Assembly: GCA_016432645.1 (NCBI GenBank) | Contig: CP066698.1 | Coordinates: 197,062 to 261,061, forward strand | Direction of reading: 5' to 3' | DNA length: 64,000 nucleotides | Source of the DNA: Candidatus Falkowbacteria bacterium | GTDB taxonomy: Bacteria > Patescibacteriota > Patescibacteriia > Patescibacteriales > UBA12465 | In this document: positions 8,981-18,319 of the stretch, piece by piece | Layout of the letters: every line of letters starts with the position of its first letter | How positions within the stretch are numbered: position 1 is the stretch's first letter | The notes under the pieces: model-generated | The model's database searches: none | What the model saw: the letters and a program-made list of their open reading frames with translations, nothing else | What the model was told of the DNA's origin: nothing | Made by a program: the position numbers and the translations under genes

Positions 8981-10423
8981 TTATAAGGCCTGCTGGATAC
9001 GCGCCAAAGTCTTCTCTTTACCGAGTGCCCAAGCGATTTCTAAGGGGCCGGGGCTATTTTTTTGCCCAGAAAGTGCATAACGCAACGGCCATAAATAATC
9101 ACCATTCTTTGCCCCCTGCTCCTTTATCCAGTTAAGAGTTAGGGTTTCTAATTTTTCTTTTTCCCAATCTGTTTCAGGCACTTTTTCCAGTAAATTCATT
9201 ATGGCGCGTAAATTATTTTGGGCGGTTTCTAAGGTCATTTCCTTCCAACATAAGGCTTGTTTATCATATTTCGGAAGCTGAAAGAAGAAGCCTAAAAATT
9301 CCGGGGCATCAGCTAATTTTTTCATTCTATCTTTTCCTAAGGCAACAAATTTTTCCAAACGGTCATCCGGCCCAAAGCCCGCCGCTTCTAAAATTGGCAG
9401 ACAAAGAGCGGCTAGTTTAGAATCGGATTTTTGGCGGATATAGTAACCGTTTAAATAATCAAGTTTTTCCGTATCAAAAACTGCCGGACTAGCGCCCATG
9501 CCATCTAGGGAAAACTCTTTTTCCAGCTCCGTTAAAGAGAAAATTTCTTGGTCATCTTTAGGATGCCAACCGAGTAAAACACAAAAATTAATCAGTGCTT
9601 CAGGTAAATATCCTTTATTTAAAAAGTCCTCCACAAAAACATCGCCTTTGCGCTTGCTTAATTTACCACCGCCCTCCTTATTTAAAATTAAAGGCATGTG
9701 GATAAATTTAGGCGGCGTCCAGCCGAAAGCTTGATAAAGCAAAATATTTTTAGGATATGACGCCAGCCATTCATCGCCGCGGGTCACATGAGAAATTTCC
9801 ATTAAATGGTCATCAATTACGTTCGCGAATTGGTAGGTAGGGATTTTATTTGATTTTATTAGCACTTGATCGTCTAAATCAGCTATGGAAAATTTGATGT
9901 CGCCGCGGATTTCGTCATGAACTACTACTTCGCCGTCAAGCGGCATTTTTTGGCGGATAACAAATTTTTCTCCTTTTTGAGCGCGTTCTTCTGATTCTTG
10001 AGTGCTTAAACTACGACAGCAGCGGTCATAGCGCGGCGGCTGCTTGGCCGCTTCTTGAGCGGTGCGCATTTCCGTTAATCTTTCTTCCGTACAAAAACAA
10101 CGGTAAGCGGCGTCCTTTTTTAATAACTCGGCAGCATACTTATCATAAGTTTCCTGGCGTTCGGTTTGAATATAAGGACCATAGGTTCCCCCGATATGCG
10201 GTCCTTCGTCAAAACTGATTCCAACTTTTTTTAACACTTCAATCAATTTTTCGGTAGCGCCTTCAACTTCCCTTTTTTGATCAGTATCTTCAACCCGAAG
10301 GATAAATTTTCCACCCCAACTTTTAGCCAGTAAATATCCAAAAAGGGCGGCGCGCAGGCTGCCAATATGTAAAAATCCGGTTGGCGAAGGAGCAAATCTT
10401 AATCTGATGTTATCATTAGTCAT
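8981..10423 (-). CDS. gltX: Glutamate--tRNA ligase
   Basis: RFAPSPTGFLHIG (HIGH motif), KLSKR and RYALSG. Confidence 0.97.
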   Translation of the reverse strand: MTNDNIRLRFAPSPTGFLHIGSLRAALFGYLLAKSWGGKFILRVEDTDQKREVEGATEKLIEVLKKVGISFDEGPHIGGTYGPYIQTERQETYDKYAAELLKKDAAYRCFCTEERLTEMRTAQEAAKQPPRYDRCCRSLSTQESEERAQKGEKFVIRQKMPLDGEVVVHDEIRGDIKFSIADLDDQVLIKSNKIPTYQFANVIDDHLMEISHVTRGDEWLASYPKNILLYQAFGWTPPKFIHMPLILNKEGGGKLSKRKGDVFVEDFLNKGYLPEALINFCVLLGWHPKDDQEIFSLTELEKEFSLDGMGASPAVFDTEKLDYLNGYYIRQKSDSKLAALCLPILEAAGFGPDDRLEKFVALGKDRMKKLADAPEFLGFFFQLPKYDKQALCWKEMTLETAQNNLRAIMNLLEKVPETDWEKEKLETLTLNWIKEQGAKNGDYLWPLRYALSGQKNSPGPLEIAWALGKEKTLARIQQAL

Positions 10424-10426
10424 ATA

Positions 10427-11152
10427 TTATTGATGTTTTTTAAAAAGTATTTTAGTCATAAAAACAAAAGTCGCTCGATATATTCTTCCTAAACGTTTAG
10501 GTTGTTTTCCTAGGCGCCATAGCCATTCCAAGCCGGCGGCGCGCATAATTTTTGGCGCGCGTTTAGCTCGGCCGCTAATGAAATCGAAAGTGCCGCCAAC
10601 GCCGATAGCGAAGCGAACGCTGGGCCAATTATTTTTATTATTAAAAATGATTTTTTCTTGATAAGGAAAACCTAAAGCAGTAAAGACAATTTCTGGAGCA
10701 AAATCAGTGAGCATTTTTTGTTCCTCTGGTTCCAAATTAACGGCTCGAGGGGCATTGATAACTAAAAAATTAAGTTCCGGATATTTTTTGTTTAAAGCCG
10801 CTTTAATTTCTTCTCGGCTGGACAGGCCTTTTTCCCAGTTGATAATCACCACTTTTTTATTTTTCTCCGCGGCTAGTTTTAGTATTTTTAAACTAAAATC
10901 GGAACCGGTAATTCTCGTGATTTTTTGCTTGCTTAGCCAGCCCGCAATTTTTAGTCCGAAGCCGTCGGCCAAACTTAAGTCGGCGCGGTTTAAAATTTGC
11001 CAAAAATCAGTATCAATTTGCGCCCGTAAAATTATTTCCGGATTTGGAGTCACGGCGTAATGAAAGGAGCTACCATTTAAAAATTCCTCCACCTTTTTTA
11101 GGGCTGATTTTTCATTTTCGGCGCTTAAATTTATTCCCAAAATATCAGGCAT
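10427..11152 (-). CDS. WecB/TagA/CpsF family glycosyltransferase
   Basis: VTPNPE, ADG, RITGSD, LGFPYQE, GVGGTFD and GLEWLWRL. Confidence 0.92.
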   Translation of the reverse strand: MPDILGINLSAENEKSALKKVEEFLNGSSFHYAVTPNPEIILRAQIDTDFWQILNRADLSLADGFGLKIAGWLSKQKITRITGSDFSLKILKLAAEKNKKVVIINWEKGLSSREEIKAALNKKYPELNFLVINAPRAVNLEPEEQKMLTDFAPEIVFTALGFPYQEKIIFNNKNNWPSVRFAIGVGGTFDFISGRAKRAPKIMRAAGLEWLWRLGKQPKRLGRIYRATFVFMTKILFKKHQ

Positions 11153-11212
11153 ATGTTATAATATCAATGTTCTAATTTTATTATAAAAAAAGCCTTTAGT
11201 CAAAGCGGATTT

Positions 11213-12178
11213 ATGCCACATTATAAAAAAATCTCCGATCGTATCGAGGAGCTAAAAATCGACAATCCTCGCAATGAAAACTCCGGTTTGCGTTGGTTAA
11301 ATATTGTTAACGCCAGCAAACAGGAAATAAATTATCTTCGTAAAAATTATAATTTTGATTTAGGCCATTTACGCTCTACGGCCGCTTCAGTCTTATCGCA
11401 ACGGCCGCTAATTTTTCGCGGCGGCCGATATCTTTTTTTAATCCTTCATTTTCCGGCCGTAGAAAATGGTAAAGTTATCTCGGGCGAGGTTGATTTTTTT
11501 GTCGGCCATAATTTTTTAGTTACGGCTCATAACAATAATCTTCCGGCCTTGGCGCAATTTTTTAATATTGGTAAAAAAGATCCGGATTCTCTGCTCTCTT
11601 TTTCTTCAGAATCATCCGCGGTTTTGCTCTATGAAATTTTAGGGCGTTTAATAGACGACTGCTACCGCCTACTAGACGATAATAGTTTAGAAATCAAAGC
11701 GGTTGAAGATTTAATTTTTTCCGGCGATCAAAAAAAGGCGGTTGAAAAAATCTTATTATTGCGCCGCAACATTATTAACATCCGCAAGATAATGCAGAAT
11801 CATAAAAATATTTTGAAAGAGCTGACTAAAATGGATAGCAGTTTGGTGGATAGAGTAGCAATTAAAAAATATTATGAGAGCCTAGTTGAAGATTCCAAGC
11901 GTCTCTGGGAAACTCTGGATAATCAAAAAGAAATGATTGAAGTCCTAAATAATACTAACGAATCGCTTTTAAATGATCAGATGAATTCCATTATGAAGAC
12001 CTTAACCATTTTTTCGGTTATTGTTTTTCCTTTAACTTTGTTGGCGGCTATTTTCGGTATGAATGCCGTTAATATGCCATTCGTTAATCATAAATATGGC
12101 TTCTGGATAATTATTGGCATCATGCTTATTGGTAGTTTTTTTATGATGATGTTTTTCAAACGCAAGCGCTGGCTCTAA
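11213..12178 (+). CDS. corA: CorA-family Mg2+ transporter
   Basis: MKTLTIFS...AIFGMN...MPF with two C-terminal TM helices. Confidence 0.92.
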   Translation: MPHYKKISDRIEELKIDNPRNENSGLRWLNIVNASKQEINYLRKNYNFDLGHLRSTAASVLSQRPLIFRGGRYLFLILHFPAVENGKVISGEVDFFVGHNFLVTAHNNNLPALAQFFNIGKKDPDSLLSFSSESSAVLLYEILGRLIDDCYRLLDDNSLEIKAVEDLIFSGDQKKAVEKILLLRRNIINIRKIMQNHKNILKELTKMDSSLVDRVAIKKYYESLVEDSKRLWETLDNQKEMIEVLNNTNESLLNDQMNSIMKTLTIFSVIVFPLTLLAAIFGMNAVNMPFVNHKYGFWIIIGIMLIGSFFMMMFFKRKRWL

Positions 12179-12196
12179 AATCTATTTTTGGGTAAG

Positions 12197-12239
12197 AAAA
12201 AACCGCCTTTTGGTTTTTTGTGAAAAAAAGGCGGTTTTT
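12197..12239. terminator. Bidirectional terminator
   Basis: AAAAAACCGCCTTTT...AAAAGGCGGTTTTT between convergent genes. Confidence 0.65.
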
Positions 12240-12279
12240 GTAAACGCCCTTTTTCTTAATTGGGCGTCTACAGACGAGA

Positions 12280-13485
12280 TCACTGTTTCAAAATTGTGAA
12301 ACGGAGCTCTTTAAAAGGTTCGTTGTAGTAGGCAGATTTTGACATCTGCGAGAAATCAGGGGTTTTATTGGCAATAACATTGCCGAATCTAAGCGAGCTT
12401 AGGGCGTTGAGCACCTGGGCTTCGTTAAATTCGGCTTTTCCATAATTTGGAAAATCTGTTACTGCTGTTAAGGCGATTGGAGTTCCCCAAACACCTGTTT
12501 CCTGATCTTTAATTTGGACAAATGGAGTAAGAGCGCTAAAGGTATTATTTAGCTTAAAGAAGACGGTAAATTTACCATTAGCTAATGTGTAGCGGAATAC
12601 CCCTTCACCGGAATCTCCTCCCATACCAGGAACTAAGGCTACTGGGGCAACATAACCGTCGCCGAGCGGAGTGATTGTCGAGTTCGGGTTAACCTTAAAC
12701 TCTATTATGCCAACATTTTTACTGGCAGTAACAAAAGTCGATCCTGACCAATCAGCCCAAGCAAAGTTTCCGGTTCCGTCAGCTTTTTCAAATTCACCAA
12801 CAGCCATTGCATAATCCCTGGCCAAAAGGTCGCGTTTAATGGCAATATATTTGCCAACATCAGCACCAGCAGAAGCTGGTAAACCGTTTTGAATGATGTA
12901 GTTAGCATCCAGAGTTGGAACTTTGGCTCCAGTTAACCATAATGACAAATTGTCATCGTTAAAGTTGCCGCTATATCCATAAACAGTTTTGTTGGCAAAC
13001 CTTTCCTTGGATAACAAGATAATAACATTATACCTTGTGTAGCCAGTCCAGGTGCCGGTAGCAACCTGATAACTGCCAGTGATATAAACTTTCACTGGAT
13101 CATAGGGAGACATGTCCCGAACAACCTTAACGGTAAAATTTCGGCTTTCGGTGGCTCCGCTTTGAAAAGTAGCGGTAACCTGTACAGCAACGTCACCCAG
13201 GGTGGCAAATTTGTGAGTAATGTTTAAACCCGTGTAACTGTTGCCTTCAACAGTCCAGGTCGCGTTGTTAAGCGGATTAGCGGTGTTAGTAGAAACTAAC
13301 GTCACGCCAGTGCTAACGTCCAGTTGGACATAAACATTTCCTCCGGAAATAAGCGCGCCCTTGAGCATCAGCTGGCTTTCTTTGGCGCCAGTTTCGATCT
13401 GACCCTCAGGGTCAAATTCAACAAATTCGCATGCTGTAAAAAAAATCGTTGCGAATAGCACAATAAACAATTTCAACTTTTTCAT
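12280..13485 (-). CDS. Putative lipoprotein with a PKD-like domain; paralog of 13552-14394
   Basis: Lipobox FFTAC; 'WTVEGNSYTGLNITHKF'; shares VV.DMSPY.PVK and ITPLGD with its neighbour. Confidence 0.6.
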   Translation of the reverse strand: MKKLKLFIVLFATIFFTACEFVEFDPEGQIETGAKESQLMLKGALISGGNVYVQLDVSTGVTLVSTNTANPLNNATWTVEGNSYTGLNITHKFATLGDVAVQVTATFQSGATESRNFTVKVVRDMSPYDPVKVYITGSYQVATGTWTGYTRYNVIILLSKERFANKTVYGYSGNFNDDNLSLWLTGAKVPTLDANYIIQNGLPASAGADVGKYIAIKRDLLARDYAMAVGEFEKADGTGNFAWADWSGSTFVTASKNVGIIEFKVNPNSTITPLGDGYVAPVALVPGMGGDSGEGVFRYTLANGKFTVFFKLNNTFSALTPFVQIKDQETGVWGTPIALTAVTDFPNYGKAEFNEAQVLNALSSLRFGNVIANKTPDFSQMSKSAYYNEPFKELRFTILKQ

Positions 13486-13551
13486 CTTTCTCTTGACCTA
13501 TACCTGGTCCAGGTTTTTGTTAAACAATTAAAAATACTAATTAAATCTTTT

Positions 13552-14394
13552 TTAATCTCCTAAGGGGGTTATGGTCCCGTCAACGTTTAGCCGAAATCTT
13601 ATCAGCCAAAAGTTAGTGCTGCTGGTTTTAATAAACTTAGAACCAGTAAAATCGCCGTAGGCAAAAAGCATTTTGTCTTTATCCTGAAACGCGCCGGCAT
13701 ACATGCGATATTCACGCGGCAGCAGTTGCAGGTGGGCGGCAAAATATTTTCCGACTTCGCCGGTAGCTTGGCTTGGTAAGCCATCTTTAATGACGTAATT
13801 TTCAGCGTCAGTAGTCACAGGGATAACTGGTCCCCAAGTTTCCATATCGAAACTCGGATTATAGTCATCAAATGAGCCCCAATAACCGTAGCCGAAACCG
13901 ACATTCTTCGTGCGTTCTTTGGAAAATAACATTAGTATATTCCAACGCGTTTGGCCTTCAAATTGAAAACCTTCATCAAAGGGTAGATAATTTCCTTTAA
14001 TAACAAAGATTTTCACAGGTTCATAAGGACTCATGTCCTTAACAACGCTAACCGTAAAGTCAGCTGCCAGCTTTGAGCCGTCTCCTAAAGTGGCCTTGGC
14101 ATGGATGGTGACATCTCTGATGGTTTTGAATATGTGGGTAACTGTTAAGCCGGTATAAACCGAGTCCTCAATCGCCCAATCAATATTCGTCACTGCGTAG
14201 CCATCGCGGGCTACTAGCGTAATAATTGTTTGTACGTCTTTTTGGACGTACTGCCAATTATTAACCATAATTCCGGCCTTTAGGGTTAATTCCCCGTCTG
14301 TCGCTGCTCGCACTTCTGCTAAGCCAGGATCATAATCAACATAATTACAGCTACTAAAAATAGCGGCTATAATAATAATTAGAACTTTTTTCAT
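13552..14394 (-). CDS. Putative lipoprotein with a PKD-like domain; shorter paralog
   Basis: Lipobox FSSC; 'WAIEDSVYTGLTVTHIF'; ends at ITPLGD. Confidence 0.6.
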   Translation of the reverse strand: MKKVLIIIIAAIFSSCNYVDYDPGLAEVRAATDGELTLKAGIMVNNWQYVQKDVQTIITLVARDGYAVTNIDWAIEDSVYTGLTVTHIFKTIRDVTIHAKATLGDGSKLAADFTVSVVKDMSPYEPVKIFVIKGNYLPFDEGFQFEGQTRWNILMLFSKERTKNVGFGYGYWGSFDDYNPSFDMETWGPVIPVTTDAENYVIKDGLPSQATGEVGKYFAAHLQLLPREYRMYAGAFQDKDKMLFAYGDFTGSKFIKTSSTNFWLIRFRLNVDGTITPLGD

Positions 14395-14467
14395 GCTTGA
14401 GTCCTCCTCTGGTCTCTTATTTTGATTAAATTATTAACGAACTAAAAATGTTTAACTAAATCTTAAA

Positions 14468-15556
14468 CTATTTTTTGTAAATTTTAAGGGTGTCTTCGGA
14501 AATTTTCTCCCAGTTGAACAGACTAACCGCCCGTTCTTTAGCTTTTACGCCCAGTTCAGTCATCTTATCTTCATGCTCGAAAGCATAAATTAACTTATTT
14601 CTTAAATCATCTTTATCTTTTTGTCTGAAATATAAAGCGGTTTCACCGGTCGCTTCCTGATTAGCGGGAATGTCACTGACGATACAAGGCAAACCGTGAG
14701 CCATCGCTTCCAGTAAAGAAATTGATAGGCCTTCCATTTCTGAAGACTGTATAAAATATTTAGCCTGGCTATAAAGTTGATTTAAAACTTCCCCGCTTTG
14801 ATTGCCGGTAAAGACAATACGCGGATCATTGCCGGCCAGTTTTTCCAGCTCTTCGCGATATTCACCATCGCCGACAATCGCCAATTTAATATCATAAGTC
14901 GGCAACTCTTTTAAGGCGGCAATTAGATATTGGATGCCTTTTAATTTAATGATTCGAGAAACGCTGACTAAATATTTTTTAGGTTCTAATCCAAAACGTA
15001 ATAAATAATTAATTTCACTGTTGTTTTCAATATAAGCCCCGTTAGGAATAATGGAACTTTCTTTGCCATGTTTCTGTAATAAGTAATCGTGCATCAAGTC
15101 AGTTAAAACAATTACTTCATGAGCATAGCGGCTCATGCTTCTTTCGCCGCGCTTTAACATAAACTTAGCGAAGCGCCCCCATTTTTCGTTGCCATAATCA
15201 AAGCTGTGCAGAGTGGCGACAACTTTTATTTTTGAAGCAAAAACTCTTGGTATCCAGGCTAGTAAGCAAGGACCGATACCGTGATAATGCATCACGTCAA
15301 CTTTCCGTCTCATCGCGTCCAGCGTTGCTAAAAAGCTATGAGTAATTGCCGCTAAGTTTTTTTGATTTATGTAAGGTAAATGGACGAGCGTTACGCCTTC
15401 CCACTTATTTATTTTTTCTGGTAAGTACCCTTGACGATTATAAACAATTACCTGTTCTCCTTTTTTCGCCAAAAACATCGCCAAATTCTCTACGTGGCGG
15501 TCAACTCCTCCATTTTGAGCGGGGATTCCCTTTTGTCCGATAAAGGCGATTTTCAT
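14468..15556 (-). CDS. GT4 glycosyltransferase
   Basis: MKIAFIGQKGIPA..GGV; EGLSISLLEAM. Confidence 0.92.
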   Translation of the reverse strand: MKIAFIGQKGIPAQNGGVDRHVENLAMFLAKKGEQVIVYNRQGYLPEKINKWEGVTLVHLPYINQKNLAAITHSFLATLDAMRRKVDVMHYHGIGPCLLAWIPRVFASKIKVVATLHSFDYGNEKWGRFAKFMLKRGERSMSRYAHEVIVLTDLMHDYLLQKHGKESSIIPNGAYIENNSEINYLLRFGLEPKKYLVSVSRIIKLKGIQYLIAALKELPTYDIKLAIVGDGEYREELEKLAGNDPRIVFTGNQSGEVLNQLYSQAKYFIQSSEMEGLSISLLEAMAHGLPCIVSDIPANQEATGETALYFRQKDKDDLRNKLIYAFEHEDKMTELGVKAKERAVSLFNWEKISEDTLKIYKK

Positions 15557-15580
15557 AATATATATTTTTTAGGACTAATT

Positions 15581-15642
15581 ATTATACAATTATTAATTTT
15601 ATTTGTCAAGGTTATAATATCATATTTTTAAAATATTGTCAA
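15581..15642 (-). promoter_or_regulatory. Tandem sigma70-type promoters for the GT4 gene
   Basis: TTGACA-17-TATAAT (15609-15581) and TTGACA-17-TATTAT (15642-15614). Confidence 0.7.
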
Positions 15643-15706
15643 TAATAAAAAAGCCCCCGGAATGAATAATCCCAGGGGCAAGCAATTTAGCTATTATTAG
15701 CTATTT

Positions 15707-16444
15707 TTATCTTCTTTGAGTCTTGAATATCCAATATCCATCCTCAAGAGTCATGTCCTTGGCCATCCAAGAGGTATATGGACATTTAATGCGAAGCGGA
15801 GCTTCAAAGGATAGGCCGCCGGCTTTAAGTGATTGCTGAATCAAGTTATCAGAAACATAGAAGGTTCCGTCAACCGTGACTCCATAATCACCATCGTAGA
15901 ATTCTGTGGGTTCAACTCTCCAGTTGTACCCTTTGATTTCATTGTCTTCCGGTGCCTTAGAAAACATTACACCATGTTGCATGGCGTAGTGAGGAAAATA
16001 ACAATCCTCCCTGTTATTAGCCTGCGCACAGAAGATGATGTCTTTACCTTCTCTGAGGTAATCAAGGTTAGCTTTACCGCCAACAGCATCACTGACGAAT
16101 TTAGTGCTGGTGGGGGCGGCCGGGACAGTCGCTGATTTAGTGACAACCGGAGTTGTGGCTTTCTGAGTAGCTGAAGTACTCGTTTTTTTAACCGTAGTGG
16201 TTGTCTTTTTTGCGGCCGGTAATTTACCTTCGCAACATTCTAAGTCAGCAGTCAGGGTCGCATTATTCGCGGTTAAGGTTGTTACCTGACTTTGTAAGTC
16301 AGTTACCTGCGCTTGCAGACTGCGTATTTGCGCGGATTTTTCCGGGCAAGGATCGGTGGTGGCTGTGTTGTTATCGCCACAACTGTAAAGAAAAATGGCG
16401 CTCAAGGCAAAGAGCGTAACCATAAAGATAAAAAAATTTTTCAT
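15707..16444 (-). CDS. Putative lipoprotein: coiled coil, Thr/Lys/Pro linker and Cys-containing C-terminal domain
   Basis: Lipobox LYSC; heptad repeat; C-terminal domain similar to 17579-18109. Confidence 0.6.
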   Translation of the reverse strand: MKNFFIFMVTLFALSAIFLYSCGDNNTATTDPCPEKSAQIRSLQAQVTDLQSQVTTLTANNATLTADLECCEGKLPAAKKTTTTVKKTSTSATQKATTPVVTKSATVPAAPTSTKFVSDAVGGKANLDYLREGKDIIFCAQANNREDCYFPHYAMQHGVMFSKAPEDNEIKGYNWRVEPTEFYDGDYGVTVDGTFYVSDNLIQQSLKAGGLSFEAPLRIKCPYTSWMAKDMTLEDGYWIFKTQRR

Positions 16445-16481
16445 GATCAGTAATTTTTATTAAGTTCAACAATGTAAATAG

Positions 16482-17369
16482 TTATCTTCTGATATTAAAC
16501 GGCATCAAATTGATGCCAAATACGAATTGCCCGCTGTTTAAATTGGGCTCAAAGCTACCAGTCTGTTGCTTCCAAAAGCAATAGATAGATAAAAAGTCAT
16601 CCCAACCGCGTTTTTTAAGCGCAATTTCCGGACCGGCAGATAACCATTGGCTGTCATCGCCAACGTAGTGATGATAACCAATCATAATCTTTGGCTCCAC
16701 TAAAGTGTTGCCGCGACCGATTTGTAAAATGCTTTGTTTTATCTCAGCACCGAAAGCTGATTTATTCCAAATCATTGACTCCTTAATGGGAGCGTCATTC
16801 CAAAAGGAAGTTTTCTCCGATTTAATCGGTTTTTGATAGGTTAGCTTAAGCTGCGAGCGCGGTAAAAGATTCTCTCTAATGCCGAAAGCCTTTAACAAGT
16901 TAATGTTAAGTTCTCCGGATAAAATTAAATCTTCTTGCTTTGCATCGTAGACGCCGAGTTCATGATTTGGTTGCACACTTTTACCAGTGCCATTATCTCT
17001 GACACTTTTAAGCATCAAATTAGCACCGAAGTAGCCGGAATATTTCTGAGTCAAAAACTCAGACCATTTCCCGCCAGCGAGTCCAATTCCCATTTCATCA
17101 GAGCTGCCATCATAGCGGCTCAAAGTTGTGTTGCTTTTGAAGTAAACGCGATCACCGACCGCACAAAATCCGAGCAACCAACCAGTTTCGGTTTTAATCG
17201 GCATGTAGTCTATATAGGCTCCATACCAGTAACCGTTGTTATTAGCATTCTGCTGGGCAGCGTAGCCACCGGCAAACAGAGACAAATTCACGCGTTCGCG
17301 GAACTGTCCAAAAACTGAGCCGACAACCAAAGTGGTCATCAAGGCCAACAAAAAAAGAGATTTTCTCAT
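16482..17369 (-). CDS. Secreted protein with an outer-membrane beta-barrel-like pattern
   Basis: Signal peptide ending VFG|Q; alternating aromatic/Gly strands (YWYGAYIDY, YFGANL, FVFGINLMPF). Confidence 0.5.
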   Translation of the reverse strand: MRKSLFLLALMTTLVVGSVFGQFRERVNLSLFAGGYAAQQNANNNGYWYGAYIDYMPIKTETGWLLGFCAVGDRVYFKSNTTLSRYDGSSDEMGIGLAGGKWSEFLTQKYSGYFGANLMLKSVRDNGTGKSVQPNHELGVYDAKQEDLILSGELNINLLKAFGIRENLLPRSQLKLTYQKPIKSEKTSFWNDAPIKESMIWNKSAFGAEIKQSILQIGRGNTLVEPKIMIGYHHYVGDDSQWLSAGPEIALKKRGWDDFLSIYCFWKQQTGSFEPNLNSGQFVFGINLMPFNIRR

Positions 17370-17578
17370 TGTTTATTTAATTTGATTGTTAATGTTCGTT
17401 TTTTAAAGCGTTTATAGTTAGAAATATATAATTCTAGCTATAAAAATAATCAAAAGATTATCAAGATAGCATACACTATTTTTTAAAATCTGTCAAGTTA
17501 ATAAGTCTATAAAATAAAAAGAGCCCTCAAATTGTGGGTTCGAGGGCTTTTTGACGGGCTAAGCGCTTATAGGTTTAC

Positions 17579-18109
17579 CTATTTAAGTTGGAAAACCAAC
17601 GCTTCTTCGCCGCCAATGGTGGCACTTTGCATTTCTACTGGAGCCCAGCCGGTTTGATCGCATTTAGTGGCACATGATTGTGTCATTCCCCATTTTTTAA
17701 GGAAGGCCATTTTGGCGTAAATACGGCCATCTAACAGGACGCCAACATCTTTGCTTTCGTCGGAAGACGGTTTCATAACCCAGTTTTTACCGGTTCTGTC
17801 GCTATTCCAAAAAATTTCTGGACCGTCTGTCCCCATTAACATTGGAATATGGCCATTTTGCCGGCCGTCAATTTGAAGACAGAATTCAGTTGCTCCATCT
17901 GGTCGAGGAGTAGCTGGGGCAGAAATGCCGGGAGCGGCAGAATTGCCGGGCTGCACAATCATCGTGCTTGGATCAGTTGCGGTTGCAACTCCGTTGTTTG
18001 CTGGGCGAAATAGCACAATTACGATCAGGGCTATAATCACCAGGAACAAAAAAACTGTGAACCACTTAGCTTTAAGCCAGGTGATTGCATTAATCATCGA
18101 TACTCTCAT
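17579..18109 (-). CDS. Membrane-anchored hypothetical protein; paralog of the C-domain of 15707-16444
   Basis: N-terminal TM helix, Pro/Ala linker, and shared FC.Q, G.NW...P, D.GV..DG..Y and KC..T.W motifs. Confidence 0.6.
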   Translation of the reverse strand: MRVSMINAITWLKAKWFTVFLFLVIIALIVIVLFRPANNGVATATDPSTMIVQPGNSAAPGISAPATPRPDGATEFCLQIDGRQNGHIPMLMGTDGPEIFWNSDRTGKNWVMKPSSDESKDVGVLLDGRIYAKMAFLKKWGMTQSCATKCDQTGWAPVEMQSATIGGEEALVFQLK

Positions 18110-18319
18110 GATACTGAAATTTAAGTTAGAAACTAATTGTTAAAGAAATATATTTATTCAAGGTATGGAAATAGTTTTTTAAGCGACTATTTTTTCGTAA
18201 AGCAAAAATTAATGTTAGTTAATTTTTGCCCCAGAAAAAATCCGGAGCGATAAAAAATTATTTCTATACCTTGAATGGTTTTTAATTTTTAAATAAAAAT
18301 TTATTTTTAATTTTTCAAT

